From contig JAUSHE010000014.1 of NCBI GenBank assembly GCA_030648435.1, positions 4,466-68,465 of the forward strand: a stretch of 64,000 nucleotides of DNA, in the 5' to 3' direction. Positions within the stretch are counted from its first letter, which is position 1; every line of letters begins with the position of its first letter. Below the pieces are notes generated by a model. That model made no database searches. It worked only from the letters and a program-made list of their open reading frames with translations, and had not been told where the DNA came from. Shown piece by piece: positions 9,151 through 18,827 of the stretch. This DNA is from Candidatus Daviesbacteria bacterium (lineage in GTDB: Bacteria > Patescibacteriota > Microgenomatia > Daviesbacterales > UBA10151). The position numbers and the translations under genes are program-made.

Positions 9151-9878
9151 ATAAATTATCAGTTGTAATACCTTCATATAACGAATCAGCCAACCTAAAG
9201 AAAGGGGTGCTATCTGGTATTGCAGAATACATGGATAATTTAAAAATCGCGTACGAAGTGATTATTGTGGATGACGGATCAACTGATGATTCGGTAATGC
9301 TTGTTAAAAAATTTCAGGGAAAAAATTTTAGGTTAATTCAAAATAATCATGGTGGAAAAGCAAAAGCTGTTTTAACCGGAATGATGGCAGCGCAGGGGGA
9401 AATTGTGCTTTTTACCGACATGGATCAGGCAACACCTATAAATCAGATTGAAAAATTTATACCAAAATTTGACGAAGGATTTGATATTGTGATCGGATCC
9501 CGTCATGGTAGAAAAGGAGCGCCTTTGGTTAGAAAATTATCAGCCTGGGGTTTTTCTTTCTTGCGGGGTATTATTTTGGGGCTGCCGTTTGCAGATACCC
9601 AGTGTGGCTTTAAGGCTTTTAACAGGCAGTCGGTTCATAAAATTATTCCAAAAATTAAGAATGAGTGGGGAGTAGTGCATTTTAAAGGTGGTGCAGTTAA
9701 TGCCGGATTTGATGTAGAGGTTTTGTACCTTGCCAAGAAATACGGCTTTAAAATTGTTGAAGTTCCGGTGGAATGGAAATATGTGGATACGGAAAGAGTG
9801 CAGGTTGTTAAAGATGCTTTGGCCGCGATTTATGATATGCTCAGAATCAGATGGAATGATCTGACCGGAAAATACTGA
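9147..9878 (+). CDS. GT2 dolichyl/polyprenyl-phosphate glucose synthase-like (ALG5-like)
   Basis: VVIPSYNE, VDDGSTD, GKAKAV..G, FTDMDQATP, IGSR, DTQCGFKAF and FDVEVL motifs. Confidence 0.82.
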   Translation: MNKLSVVIPSYNESANLKKGVLSGIAEYMDNLKIAYEVIIVDDGSTDDSVMLVKKFQGKNFRLIQNNHGGKAKAVLTGMMAAQGEIVLFTDMDQATPINQIEKFIPKFDEGFDIVIGSRHGRKGAPLVRKLSAWGFSFLRGIILGLPFADTQCGFKAFNRQSVHKIIPKIKNEWGVVHFKGGAVNAGFDVEVLYLAKKYGFKIVEVPVEWKYVDTERVQVVKDALAAIYDMLRIRWNDLTGKY

Positions 9879-9884
9879 TATAAT
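9876..9884 (+). promoter_or_regulatory. Extended -10 promoter (TGnTATAAT), likely leaderless transcript
   Basis: TGATATAAT at 9876-9884, 6 nt before GTG 9891; no Shine-Dalgarno sequence. Confidence 0.6.
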
Positions 9885-9890
9885 ACACTT

Positions 9891-11414
9891 GTGAACTTTC
9901 TTCTAAAACATCGTCTGGAAATTTTGATCCTTGCATTGTTGGCAGTTGCTTACTTTATCATTAGGTTGCCTAATTTAACGCTGCAGCCTATTTTTGCGGA
10001 TGAGGCGATATATATCAGATGGGCTCAGGTGATGAGAGCAGAGCAGACATTGCGTTTTTTACCTTTATCTGACGGTAAGACGCCGCTCTTTATGTGGGCT
10101 ATGATGCCGATGCTCAAATTTATTCAGGATCCGCTTTTAGCCGGAAGGTTGTTATCCGTAATCTCGGGTTTTACCACTTTGATGGGGGTATTTTTCTTAT
10201 CAAGGAAGATCTTCAATTTAAGAACTGCTGTATGGGCGGGTTTGCTTTATGTGATTACGCCTTATACTGTTTTTTTTGATAGGATGGCTTTAGTTGATTC
10301 AATGCTGTCTGCATTTACAGTTTGGGTTGTTTATTTTAGTCTTTGGCTTGTGCGTGCTTTACGGTTGGATATATCTATGATTTTAGGATTCTTGATGGGA
10401 GGAGCAATTTTAACAAAAACCCCCGGCATGTTTAATCTTTTTCTCCTGCCGATTGCCACGATAGCTTTTAGAAGAGAAAAAGATAAAAAGAACTCTTTAA
10501 TTAGACTTCTTGTTTTGCTGGGTGTAGCAATTATGATCGCTCTTCTTGCCTATAACTTTCTTAGATTGGGCCCGAATTTTCAGTTGTTATCTTCTCGGAA
10601 TGCGGATTATATCTTTTCCCCTTTTGAACTGATTGGTAGGCCCCTTGATCCTTTTATCCCTCATTTTCATGACATTGCCGATTGGTTCCCAAAGCTTTTG
10701 ACATGGCCTATCCTGTTATCAGCGGTAATTGGGACGGTATATACCATATACGGAGTTTTCCAGTATTCTTTCAGGGGTCAATATTTACCACGTTTAGTTA
10801 TTTTGCTTTGGGGAATTTTACCGATTCTTGTAAATATGGCATTTTTAAAAACTTTTACAGCCCGTTATTTACTGTCTTCGATTCCTCTTTTTCTGGTAAT
10901 TGCCGGCTTCGGAGTCACTAAAATTCTTCCTCCACTTGCGTATATAAAAAAACTTCCGCTTTTTATTATGTTTATTGTTTTGCTGCCGCTCCCTTTATAT
11001 TTTAATTATTTATTGCTTACATCACCGGAAAAAGCTCCTTTACCGAGAGAAGAACGAGCAGGTTATTTTGAAGAATGGACAGCCGGTTACGGATTTGCCG
11101 ATATTGCAGCTTTTCTAATAGAGAAAAATAAAGAAAATAGAGTGGTCCTCGGGACTGAAGGTTTTTTTGGTACTTTGCCCGATGGCCTTTATATTTATCT
11201 GGATAAGGCAAATATTTCTATCGTAGGTTCTCATGCAACAATTTCAGCTCAAATTAGAAATGCTGCAAAAGATAATTTGACCTATTTTATCGGAAACAAA
11301 AAAAATCTAAAAGGAAGCATTGATAATGTAAAATTGATTTTAGAGTACCCAAAGGCAAAACCGAAAAACGGCTCGATGCAGGATGCCACAGTTCTATATC
11401 AGGTATTGCCATAA
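9891..11414 (+). CDS. ArnT/PMT_2-like GT-C glycosyltransferase
   Basis: PIFADEAIYIRW (DE motif after TM1), GKTPLF and FFDRMALVDS; many TM helices; soluble C-terminal domain. Confidence 0.78.
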   Translation: MNFLLKHRLEILILALLAVAYFIIRLPNLTLQPIFADEAIYIRWAQVMRAEQTLRFLPLSDGKTPLFMWAMMPMLKFIQDPLLAGRLLSVISGFTTLMGVFFLSRKIFNLRTAVWAGLLYVITPYTVFFDRMALVDSMLSAFTVWVVYFSLWLVRALRLDISMILGFLMGGAILTKTPGMFNLFLLPIATIAFRREKDKKNSLIRLLVLLGVAIMIALLAYNFLRLGPNFQLLSSRNADYIFSPFELIGRPLDPFIPHFHDIADWFPKLLTWPILLSAVIGTVYTIYGVFQYSFRGQYLPRLVILLWGILPILVNMAFLKTFTARYLLSSIPLFLVIAGFGVTKILPPLAYIKKLPLFIMFIVLLPLPLYFNYLLLTSPEKAPLPREERAGYFEEWTAGYGFADIAAFLIEKNKENRVVLGTEGFFGTLPDGLYIYLDKANISIVGSHATISAQIRNAAKDNLTYFIGNKKNLKGSIDNVKLILEYPKAKPKNGSMQDATVLYQVLP

Positions 11415-11416
11415 AT

Positions 11417-13147
11417 ATGCTGCACTTTCTAGAGAACAGATCCTATAAATTCTGGGTAATTCTGACTTTAATATTTACTATCCCAACTTTTTATCAATTA
11501 ATTAGTCCTGGTTTTTTCTTTATGCAGGATGATCTGCAGGCCATGAGGATACATCAGATGTTCCGATGCTTTCAGGACTTTCAGCTGCCTTGCAGATGGG
11601 TTCCTGATATGGGTTATCAATATGGCTATCCACAGTTTCTATTTTATCCTCCAGGTGTTTATTATCTTGGTGCTCTATTTCACCTTTTGGGTGTTCAGAT
11701 TATAGATAGTGTAAAATTGATGTTTATCTTAGGTTATATCTTCTCAACGCTTTTTATGTTTATTTTTTTAAAAGCTTTTTTCGACGGGGAATCCAAGCAA
11801 AAGAATTTCATATATACAACCTTGCCGGCTTTTTTCGGAGCGATGCTTTATACTTATATTCCCTATAAAGCGCTGGAAGTATATGTCAGAGGGGCTTTAA
11901 ACGAATTCTGGAGTTTAGTTTTTTTCCCATTCATTTTTTGGGCAATTTATCAATTAATAAGTAAACAAAAATTAAAGTTTCTTTTATTTCTTGCACTTTC
12001 CATCGCCGGATTGCTGCTTACTCATAATCTAATGACTCTTATTTTTGCGCCGCTAATAATAATATGGTGTATTAGTTTGGTTGTTTTAAAGAAAAGTTGG
12101 AGGGTTGTTCCTAAAATTTTTCTCGGAGGTCTTTTGGGGATAGGTCTTGCAGCATTTTTTACCCTTCCAGTAATTTTTGAAGGAAAGTATGTTCATCTGG
12201 AATCTCTATTGGGTGGTTATTTTGATTACAGAGCGCATTTTGTTTCAATTAATAGGCTTTTTGTATCAAATCTTTTTGGCTACGGTTCATCAGGGATCGG
12301 ACAGGATAATAATTTAACTTTATCAACAGGACAAATCCAATGGATCGTTGCTTTGATTGGACTAATTCTATCCCCCTTTCTTTTATATAAACAAAAGAAT
12401 ATAGCGATTTTAATAATGATATTTTCTGTTTTAGAACTTGGAGTTTTATTTATGATTCATCAAAAGTCATCATTTATTTGGGAGAAGCTACCGATTTTGG
12501 CTTATTTGCAATTTCCTTGGAGATTTTTATCTGACAGCATTTTCATTCTTTCGTTTTTGGGCGCAATAACAGCTTTCTTTATTAGTCAAATAAACAAAAA
12601 TTTTGCAAAAATATTTATAATTACTGTTTTAATCGGAATCCTTGTATTGCATGCGTCATTTTTTCAACCTAAAGAGCGTTTTGGGATTTCCGATAAGGAT
12701 AAATTTTCCGGCTTTTTTTGGGAAAAACAATTAACAATCAGCATTTTTGATTATCTGCCGATATATGCCAAACTCCCGCCTAATAAAAAAGCGCCGTTGC
12801 TGCCGGAAATTCTGGAAGGGGATGTAAACTTTATAAGTTATCAAAAAGGAAGCAATTATCAATTTGGAGAAGTCAAGGTTCTTAAAAACTCTGTTATAAG
12901 ACTGCCGCTTCTTGATTTTCCGGGTATGAGAGTTACGGTAGATGGAAAAGTAGTTGAACATCAAAATAATGATTGTAGGGGAGAAGAATTCTGTTTTGGT
13001 TTAATAACATTTAATTTACCAACAGGCTCACATTTCATAAAAGTAAAACTGGAGGATACGCAAGTCAGAACCATAGGTAATATAATTAGCTTGATATCAG
13101 CGACAGTGCTTTTATTTCTGCTGATTAAAAACTATGGAAAGAAATAA
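11417..13147 (+). CDS. GT-C membrane protein, YfhO/'PTPS-related' family, paralog 1
   Basis: QDDLQAMR...LPCRWVPDMG..YGYP.F.FYPP, VYVRGALNE and QFPWRFL motifs; C-terminal beta domain (DFPG.RV.VDG). Confidence 0.75.
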   Translation: MLHFLENRSYKFWVILTLIFTIPTFYQLISPGFFFMQDDLQAMRIHQMFRCFQDFQLPCRWVPDMGYQYGYPQFLFYPPGVYYLGALFHLLGVQIIDSVKLMFILGYIFSTLFMFIFLKAFFDGESKQKNFIYTTLPAFFGAMLYTYIPYKALEVYVRGALNEFWSLVFFPFIFWAIYQLISKQKLKFLLFLALSIAGLLLTHNLMTLIFAPLIIIWCISLVVLKKSWRVVPKIFLGGLLGIGLAAFFTLPVIFEGKYVHLESLLGGYFDYRAHFVSINRLFVSNLFGYGSSGIGQDNNLTLSTGQIQWIVALIGLILSPFLLYKQKNIAILIMIFSVLELGVLFMIHQKSSFIWEKLPILAYLQFPWRFLSDSIFILSFLGAITAFFISQINKNFAKIFIITVLIGILVLHASFFQPKERFGISDKDKFSGFFWEKQLTISIFDYLPIYAKLPPNKKAPLLPEILEGDVNFISYQKGSNYQFGEVKVLKNSVIRLPLLDFPGMRVTVDGKVVEHQNNDCRGEEFCFGLITFNLPTGSHFIKVKLEDTQVRTIGNIISLISATVLLFLLIKNYGKK

Positions 13148-14804
13148 ACTAATCTTTAAATTTTGGCCTTTTGCCATTTTATTTTTTTTCACCATCCTGA
13201 TAGCATGGCCGCTGTTTTTGCCGGGATACTTTTCGCATCATGATGATTTACAAGTGATGAGAATTTTTGAGATGAGGAAATGCATAGAAGATTTGCAGAT
13301 TCCCTGCAGATGGGTTCCTGATATGGGATACGGGAATGGGTATCCTCTGTTTAATTACTACAGTGTATTCCCCTATTACATAGGAGCAACTGCCAGTTAT
13401 TTGGTAGGTTTTGTAGGAAGCGCAAAGTTGATCTTCTTTTTAGCAGTGTCTTTTGCAGGAATATCGATGTATTTTTTTGTTAGGGAACTTTTTGGCACAT
13501 ATCCGGCTCTTACTGCGAGCGCGCTCTATATGTTTGCTCCGTACAGAGCGCTTGATATCTATGTAAGAGGTGCAATAGCAGAAAGTTTTTCAATCGCAAT
13601 AATCCCTTTGGTTTTCTTCTTTGCACTTAAATTGATTAAACATGACCAACAAAGGTTTAGGATTGGACTTACTTTATCTTTTGCAGCATTTTTATTAAGT
13701 CACAATATCATGATTATTTTATTTCTTCCGGTCATAATTTCAATTTTATTCATCTGGTATTGGAAAAAAAATTTTAAGACTATTAAAACTTTAGTTATAT
13801 CCTTATTTTTAGGGTTTTGCTTATCGGCTTTTTTCATAGTGCCCGCGTATATGGAGCAGAATCTGGTACAAATAGATAATTTGGTTAGATTTTCTTTAGA
13901 TTTCAGAGGTCATTTTATTAATTTGTATCAGTTGTTTCTGGATAGGTCTTGGGGGTATGGTGTTTCTTCTACTGGTACAGCAGATACGATGTCTTTTCAA
14001 ATAGGATGGCCTCATTATTTCCTTGTTATAGCATCAGTTTTTAGTTTATTAGTAATAAAAAGAAAAGAACGAAAGCTTATTATGTTTAATTTAGTGCTGC
14101 TTGCAGCATTTGTTTTCTCCTTATTTATGACTCATGTAAGATCTGCTTTTATATGGGAGCAGATCGGGATTTTAAGATTTGTCCAGTTTCCTTGGCGTTT
14201 TTTGTCTGTTGCAATATTTACTGCAAGCTTATTAGGAGCTTTTTTTGTATATTCTCTAAAAGAGTCGTTTGTCAAAATTACTGTAGCACTGTTAATTTTA
14301 AGCGCTATTATTTTAAATGTGAGTTATTTTAAACCGCAACAATTTATTTTTAATTTAACTGATGAAGAAAAATTGAGCGGACAACTTTGGGAGACTCAAC
14401 AAAAAGCAGCCATTTTAGATTATTTGCCGGTTGGCGCTTTAGAGCCACGGGAATCTGCTCCTTTAAAACCGGCTATTTTAGCAGGTGATGCTGTAATAAA
14501 GAATTTTCAGAATAGATCCAATAGTTGGCATTTCCAGGCGAATGTGACTGATAGTGCGATCGTTGAAGTGCCTATTTTTGATTTTCCAAACTGGCAGGTA
14601 TTTGCAAATGGAAAAAAAATAAATCATTCAAATAAAAACTATCTGGGAAGAATTAGTTTTACTCTTCCATCCGGTGAATATTTTGTTGTTGGAAAGTTTA
14701 ACAATACTTTGGTTCGGACAGTAAGTAATACAATTTCTTTGATTTCAATTTTTATATTGATTGGGCGACCGCTATATGAAAAAAGTAGAAGAAATAATAA
14801 GTAA
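13134..14804 (+). CDS. GT-C membrane protein, YfhO/'PTPS-related' family, paralog 2
   Basis: HDDLQVMR...IPCRWVPDMGYGNGYPLFNYY, IYVRGAIAE, QFPWRFL and DFPNWQV motifs. Confidence 0.75.
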   Translation: MERNKLIFKFWPFAILFFFTILIAWPLFLPGYFSHHDDLQVMRIFEMRKCIEDLQIPCRWVPDMGYGNGYPLFNYYSVFPYYIGATASYLVGFVGSAKLIFFLAVSFAGISMYFFVRELFGTYPALTASALYMFAPYRALDIYVRGAIAESFSIAIIPLVFFFALKLIKHDQQRFRIGLTLSFAAFLLSHNIMIILFLPVIISILFIWYWKKNFKTIKTLVISLFLGFCLSAFFIVPAYMEQNLVQIDNLVRFSLDFRGHFINLYQLFLDRSWGYGVSSTGTADTMSFQIGWPHYFLVIASVFSLLVIKRKERKLIMFNLVLLAAFVFSLFMTHVRSAFIWEQIGILRFVQFPWRFLSVAIFTASLLGAFFVYSLKESFVKITVALLILSAIILNVSYFKPQQFIFNLTDEEKLSGQLWETQQKAAILDYLPVGALEPRESAPLKPAILAGDAVIKNFQNRSNSWHFQANVTDSAIVEVPIFDFPNWQVFANGKKINHSNKNYLGRISFTLPSGEYFVVGKFNNTLVRTVSNTISLISIFILIGRPLYEKSRRNNK

Positions 14805-16419
14805 ATATTGGTTTTTAATCATATGTCTTTTATCGTTTCCGGCTATACGGGCGCTTTTTGTAAGTGGTTATTTTGGGGCGTCAGATGATATGCATATTGC
14901 CTGGCTTTACGAGATAGATAAGATAATCAAATTGGGACAAATCCCGCCGCGGTTTGTGCCGGATTTGAGTTTTGGTTTCGGATACCCCCTGTTTAACTTT
15001 GTTTTTCCGCTTCCGTTTTATATCGGTGAGATTTTTCATTTGCTGGGATTATCTTTTGTAGATAGTATAAAGGCTGTTTTTTTAATTAGCGTACCGCTGT
15101 CAGGGATATTCATGTATTTACTGCTCCGGCAATTCGTGGAAAGGAACTTAAGTCTAATAGGGGCAGTTTTGTATATTTATACACCATACCGGTCTGTAGA
15201 TTTGTATGTCAGGGGAGCAATAGGGGAGATCGTGGGTTTTGTGTTTTTGCCGTTAATAATTCTCTCTGCCGCAAAAATTTTCGCTAAAGGTAATTTTAAG
15301 TGGATAGGAATTGGTGCTTTATCAATTGCTTCCCTAGTGTTGTCGCATAATATAGCGGCATACATGTTTTTTCCGTTTGTTGGATTTTTACTTATTATTC
15401 AATTTTTTTTAACTCCACTAAAAAAAGAATATATTACAAAAGCATTTCTAATGATTTTTTTAGGTCTTCTTACAAGTATTTATTTCTGGCTGCCTGCTTT
15501 AACAGAGAGTAATCTGGTAAAGCAAGATACCGTATTTAATTTTGCGGATCATTTCCCGACTCTTTTACAGCTAATTAGGCCTTATTGGGGGTATGGGGCC
15601 TCTGTACCTGGTCCGTATGATGGCATGTCTTTTTTTCTGGGAATAGCGAATATCTTACTTTTATTTTCAGGGATTTGTTTGTTTATATTTAGGTGGAAGC
15701 AAATTAGTATTCAAAGGAAGGTATTTATTGGGTGGGTTTTGGGTGTTATTACGGTGGCAATTTTTCTAATGAATTACCGCTCGACTATTATATGGAATAA
15801 TTTTCCGTTTCTTGCTTATTTTCAATTCCCCTGGAGATTTTTGATTTTGACAACATTTTTTATACCGTTATTACTTATTATTTTTGACAAGATAAGGATT
15901 AATAATTTATTATTGACGATTTTATTATTGCTTATCATCATATCAAGTATGTCTTATTTCAGACCGCAGGATTTTTTGGGAAGATTAGATAATTATTATC
16001 TTAATCGTTATATTCCAACTCCCGCTGCAAGCAAAGAATATCTGCAACTTCAGGAGGAATATTTAAGGCTTCCGAAAGCTGCCGAGAGTAGGCCGGATAA
16101 AAATTATCCAATGGTTTTTCCAGACAGTGGAATAATAAAGGTGAATAAGCGTAGTGATTTAGATGTGGTTATTGAATCTAATTCGAATGTAGAAAGTTTA
16201 ATTAATTTAAATAAATATTATTTTCCGGGCTGGAAGGCAAAGATTGATGGTAAAAAAATGGATATTTGGGCAGGTAAACCTTTCGGACAGATAAGTTTTT
16301 CTATGCCTGCAGGCTATCATAAAGCAGAAATATATTTTACTGAAACAACCTTTAGGAGCTTATTAAACTTTGCTTCACTGGGTGCATTTTTAGTATCATT
16401 AGTAGTGTTATCATTATGA
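14776..16419 (+). CDS. GT-C membrane protein, YfhO/'PTPS-related' family, paralog 3
   Basis: SDDMHIAW...GQIPPRFVPDL..GFGYPLFNF, LYVRGAIGE, QFPWRFL and YFPGWKA motifs. ATG 14776 preferred over TTG 14761. Confidence 0.75.
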   Translation: MKKVEEIISKYWFLIICLLSFPAIRALFVSGYFGASDDMHIAWLYEIDKIIKLGQIPPRFVPDLSFGFGYPLFNFVFPLPFYIGEIFHLLGLSFVDSIKAVFLISVPLSGIFMYLLLRQFVERNLSLIGAVLYIYTPYRSVDLYVRGAIGEIVGFVFLPLIILSAAKIFAKGNFKWIGIGALSIASLVLSHNIAAYMFFPFVGFLLIIQFFLTPLKKEYITKAFLMIFLGLLTSIYFWLPALTESNLVKQDTVFNFADHFPTLLQLIRPYWGYGASVPGPYDGMSFFLGIANILLLFSGICLFIFRWKQISIQRKVFIGWVLGVITVAIFLMNYRSTIIWNNFPFLAYFQFPWRFLILTTFFIPLLLIIFDKIRINNLLLTILLLLIIISSMSYFRPQDFLGRLDNYYLNRYIPTPAASKEYLQLQEEYLRLPKAAESRPDKNYPMVFPDSGIIKVNKRSDLDVVIESNSNVESLINLNKYYFPGWKAKIDGKKMDIWAGKPFGQISFSMPAGYHKAEIYFTETTFRSLLNFASLGAFLVSLVVLSL

Positions 16420-17675
16420 ATTTTATAAAAAGACCGCTAGTTTTCATTTTACTTATAGGTATCATTATCAGATTTATTTTATCGGCTATAACATTCCATC
16501 CAGATATTATACATTTTGATCTGGCGGGATATGTATTAGGTAAAGGGAATTTTTTGAACTTCTATGATTATACTTATGGATTAGATAAAAATGATCCTGT
16601 TTTAAAAAATTATCCTGTTAATTTGTTTAATTATCCTCCGGCTGTTTATTTTTATGTCGGTAGTATGAATTGGATTTTCACCAGTCTAACTGAAAAAAAT
16701 TTCCATAATATGTTTTTGTTTGATTTTAAAAATACTTTAGGAAATATACAATTAAACTTTCATTTAATCCTGCTTAAGATTCCATACCTCCTTTTTGATG
16801 GTGCAATTGCGTATTTTTTGTATAACATTTTTTTGAATAAGAAAGAAAAGATTTTAGCGCTCGCTCTTTGGGTTTTTAATCCATGGGTTCTATATTCAAC
16901 ATATATGATGGGTCAATTTGATATTATTCCAACCGCTTTTGTAGTAAGCGCCTTGTATATAATCAAAAAAAATTACAATTTTAATAAAAAAATATTTATC
17001 GCAGTTGTTCTATTAGGAATTGGTGCGTCATTTAAAATATACCCATTATTATTTTTGTTACCAGTTGCCTTTCTTTTAAAAAAGCGATTCAATAAACTTC
17101 TGGCAATTATTTTAGGAATCTCTGTTTATGTGATAACAATCCTTCCATTTATCGGTTCTTCGGGGTTTCGGTCAACGGCACTACTTGCAAACCAAACCCT
17201 TAAAAGTTTATATGCCCAAATTCCAATTTCAGGAGGAGAAAGTATAATTTTATTTTTGGCATCCGTCGGCTTTTTTTATATTGTTTACCTTTATAGAGGA
17301 AAAGAAGTTGAAAATTTATGGCAGAGCTTTTTTATAATTATGCTTTTATTTTTTATCTTTACTCATTATCATCCACAATGGTTTTTATGGCTTACACCCT
17401 TTTTAATTTTTGAGCTTATTTATAGTAATTTTAAACATTTAATATTAATGGTTTTAATGGGGGTAAGTTTTTTAGGTGCTGTATTTTTATTTGAGCAGTC
17501 ATTAACCATAGGTTTATTTTCACCCCTAAACGCTGCTTTGTTTGATGGGCTTGATCTTTGGCGTCTGCTTCATATAAATATTGATCTTAATTTTGCAAGG
17601 AGTTTATTTCAAACTCTATTCGCATCAGTAGCAGTATATTTTATTTACTATTATTTTCCGAAAAAAATAGATTAA
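16416..17675 (+). CDS. GT-C membrane glycosyltransferase (GT87/PIG-M/ALG6-like)
   Basis: FHPD after TM1, NYPP, LKIPYLLFD, FNP, MGQFDIIP, FKIYP and HPQWFLW motifs; about 11 TM helices. Confidence 0.7.
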   Translation: MNFIKRPLVFILLIGIIIRFILSAITFHPDIIHFDLAGYVLGKGNFLNFYDYTYGLDKNDPVLKNYPVNLFNYPPAVYFYVGSMNWIFTSLTEKNFHNMFLFDFKNTLGNIQLNFHLILLKIPYLLFDGAIAYFLYNIFLNKKEKILALALWVFNPWVLYSTYMMGQFDIIPTAFVVSALYIIKKNYNFNKKIFIAVVLLGIGASFKIYPLLFLLPVAFLLKKRFNKLLAIILGISVYVITILPFIGSSGFRSTALLANQTLKSLYAQIPISGGESIILFLASVGFFYIVYLYRGKEVENLWQSFFIIMLLFFIFTHYHPQWFLWLTPFLIFELIYSNFKHLILMVLMGVSFLGAVFLFEQSLTIGLFSPLNAALFDGLDLWRLLHINIDLNFARSLFQTLFASVAVYFIYYYFPKKID

Positions 17676-17679
17676 AAAT

Positions 17680-18822
17680 ATGTTTAAAAAAAAATCCTTC
17701 CTGATAGCTTTGGTAATCATTTTTACATTGTTTTCTTTTATTCTAATTTTTTCTAGTCAACAGATTTACATTGGTAGGCTTTATGATATGCATAATTGTA
17801 TTAAGGACGGTCAAATTCCCTGCAGATGGGTACCCGCACTGGAAAATTCTTACGGCTCCCCCATATTTAATTATTTTCCGCCATTACCCTATTATTTCGG
17901 AGAACTTATCTTTCTGCTCAGCAGCAGTCTCGCTTTTGCTGTGAAAATAATATTGTTTGGCAGCTTATTTGGAACATATATTTTTATGTATCTTCTGGTT
18001 TCAACATTTACCAAAAAAACAAAAATATGGATATTACCTATAATTTATACTTTTATTTCTTTTCTGGCATTGTTTTTTTTGAAAGAAGGATTAGGGCTTG
18101 CGTGGGGATTGATGCTTTTTCCTTTAATCGTTTTAAGTTTAGAAAAACTTATCAAGAAAAAAAATGTCAATGAGTTTTTGTTTTCATCCATTTTTTTAGC
18201 TCTTTTAATTTTATCTTCGGATGCAGGCCTTATATTCATAAGTTTGCTTTTCCTTTGGTTTCTTTTCCGTTATATTAAAAATAAAAATTTAGTCTCTTTT
18301 GCAATAACTTTATCCTCAATAGTTTTCGCTTTTCTTTTGTCTGCTTTCTATATTTTCCCATCGTTACTGGAAAGGAATTTACTTAGTAATGTGTCAGGTT
18401 CTAGATATCTGCCAAAATCAGCGGAAGAGAAGCCAAAAAAAAATATTAATTCAGCTTATGAAATATTAACAGGAGACCTGGTTATCTCCAATTTTAAGCA
18501 GGGTTCTAACTGGTTTAAATTTGAAACAGATACAAAAACACATTCGATTATCCGTTTGTCTAAAATTTATTTCCCGGTTTGGAAAATCTTTGTTGACGGA
18601 AAAGAAATTCAGATTGAGTACAAGAATAATAGTTTGGGCTTAATGACTGTTATTATCGGGGAAGGCTTACATGTTGTAGAGGGTAAATTATTTGATACAC
18701 CAATACGTTCAATTTCAAATACAATTACAATTGTTTCTTCAATTCTAGCTTTTCTATTATTTTTTAGTCAGTTAAAAGTAGTCAGTTATTTGTTAGGTTA
18801 TTACAGAAAGAGAATGAATTAA
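17680..18822 (+). CDS. Shortened, degenerate YfhO/'PTPS-related' GT-C paralog 4
   Basis: Retains RLYDM..C..DGQIPCRWVP....YGSPIFNYFPP and YFPVWK, but lacks the DD, YVRGA.xE and QFPWRFL motifs; 380 aa versus about 550-576 aa for its paralogs. Confidence 0.65.
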   Translation: MFKKKSFLIALVIIFTLFSFILIFSSQQIYIGRLYDMHNCIKDGQIPCRWVPALENSYGSPIFNYFPPLPYYFGELIFLLSSSLAFAVKIILFGSLFGTYIFMYLLVSTFTKKTKIWILPIIYTFISFLALFFLKEGLGLAWGLMLFPLIVLSLEKLIKKKNVNEFLFSSIFLALLILSSDAGLIFISLLFLWFLFRYIKNKNLVSFAITLSSIVFAFLLSAFYIFPSLLERNLLSNVSGSRYLPKSAEEKPKKNINSAYEILTGDLVISNFKQGSNWFKFETDTKTHSIIRLSKIYFPVWKIFVDGKEIQIEYKNNSLGLMTVIIGEGLHVVEGKLFDTPIRSISNTITIVSSILAFLLFFSQLKVVSYLLGYYRKRMN

Positions 18823-18827
18823 ATAAT

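Noticed and set aside
11591-13327. 23-nt exact repeat as a possible recombination or mobile-element site
   Set aside because: It encodes the conserved CRWVPDMG motif, rich in low-degeneracy codons, in two paralogs; paralogy explains it.
17686-17694. A9 tract just after the start of the degenerate GT-C (another A9 at 45086-45094) as possible phase-variation sites
   Set aside because: The frames are intact, A/T runs are common in this AT-rich sequence, and there are no long G/C tracts. Read-level length variation would be needed.
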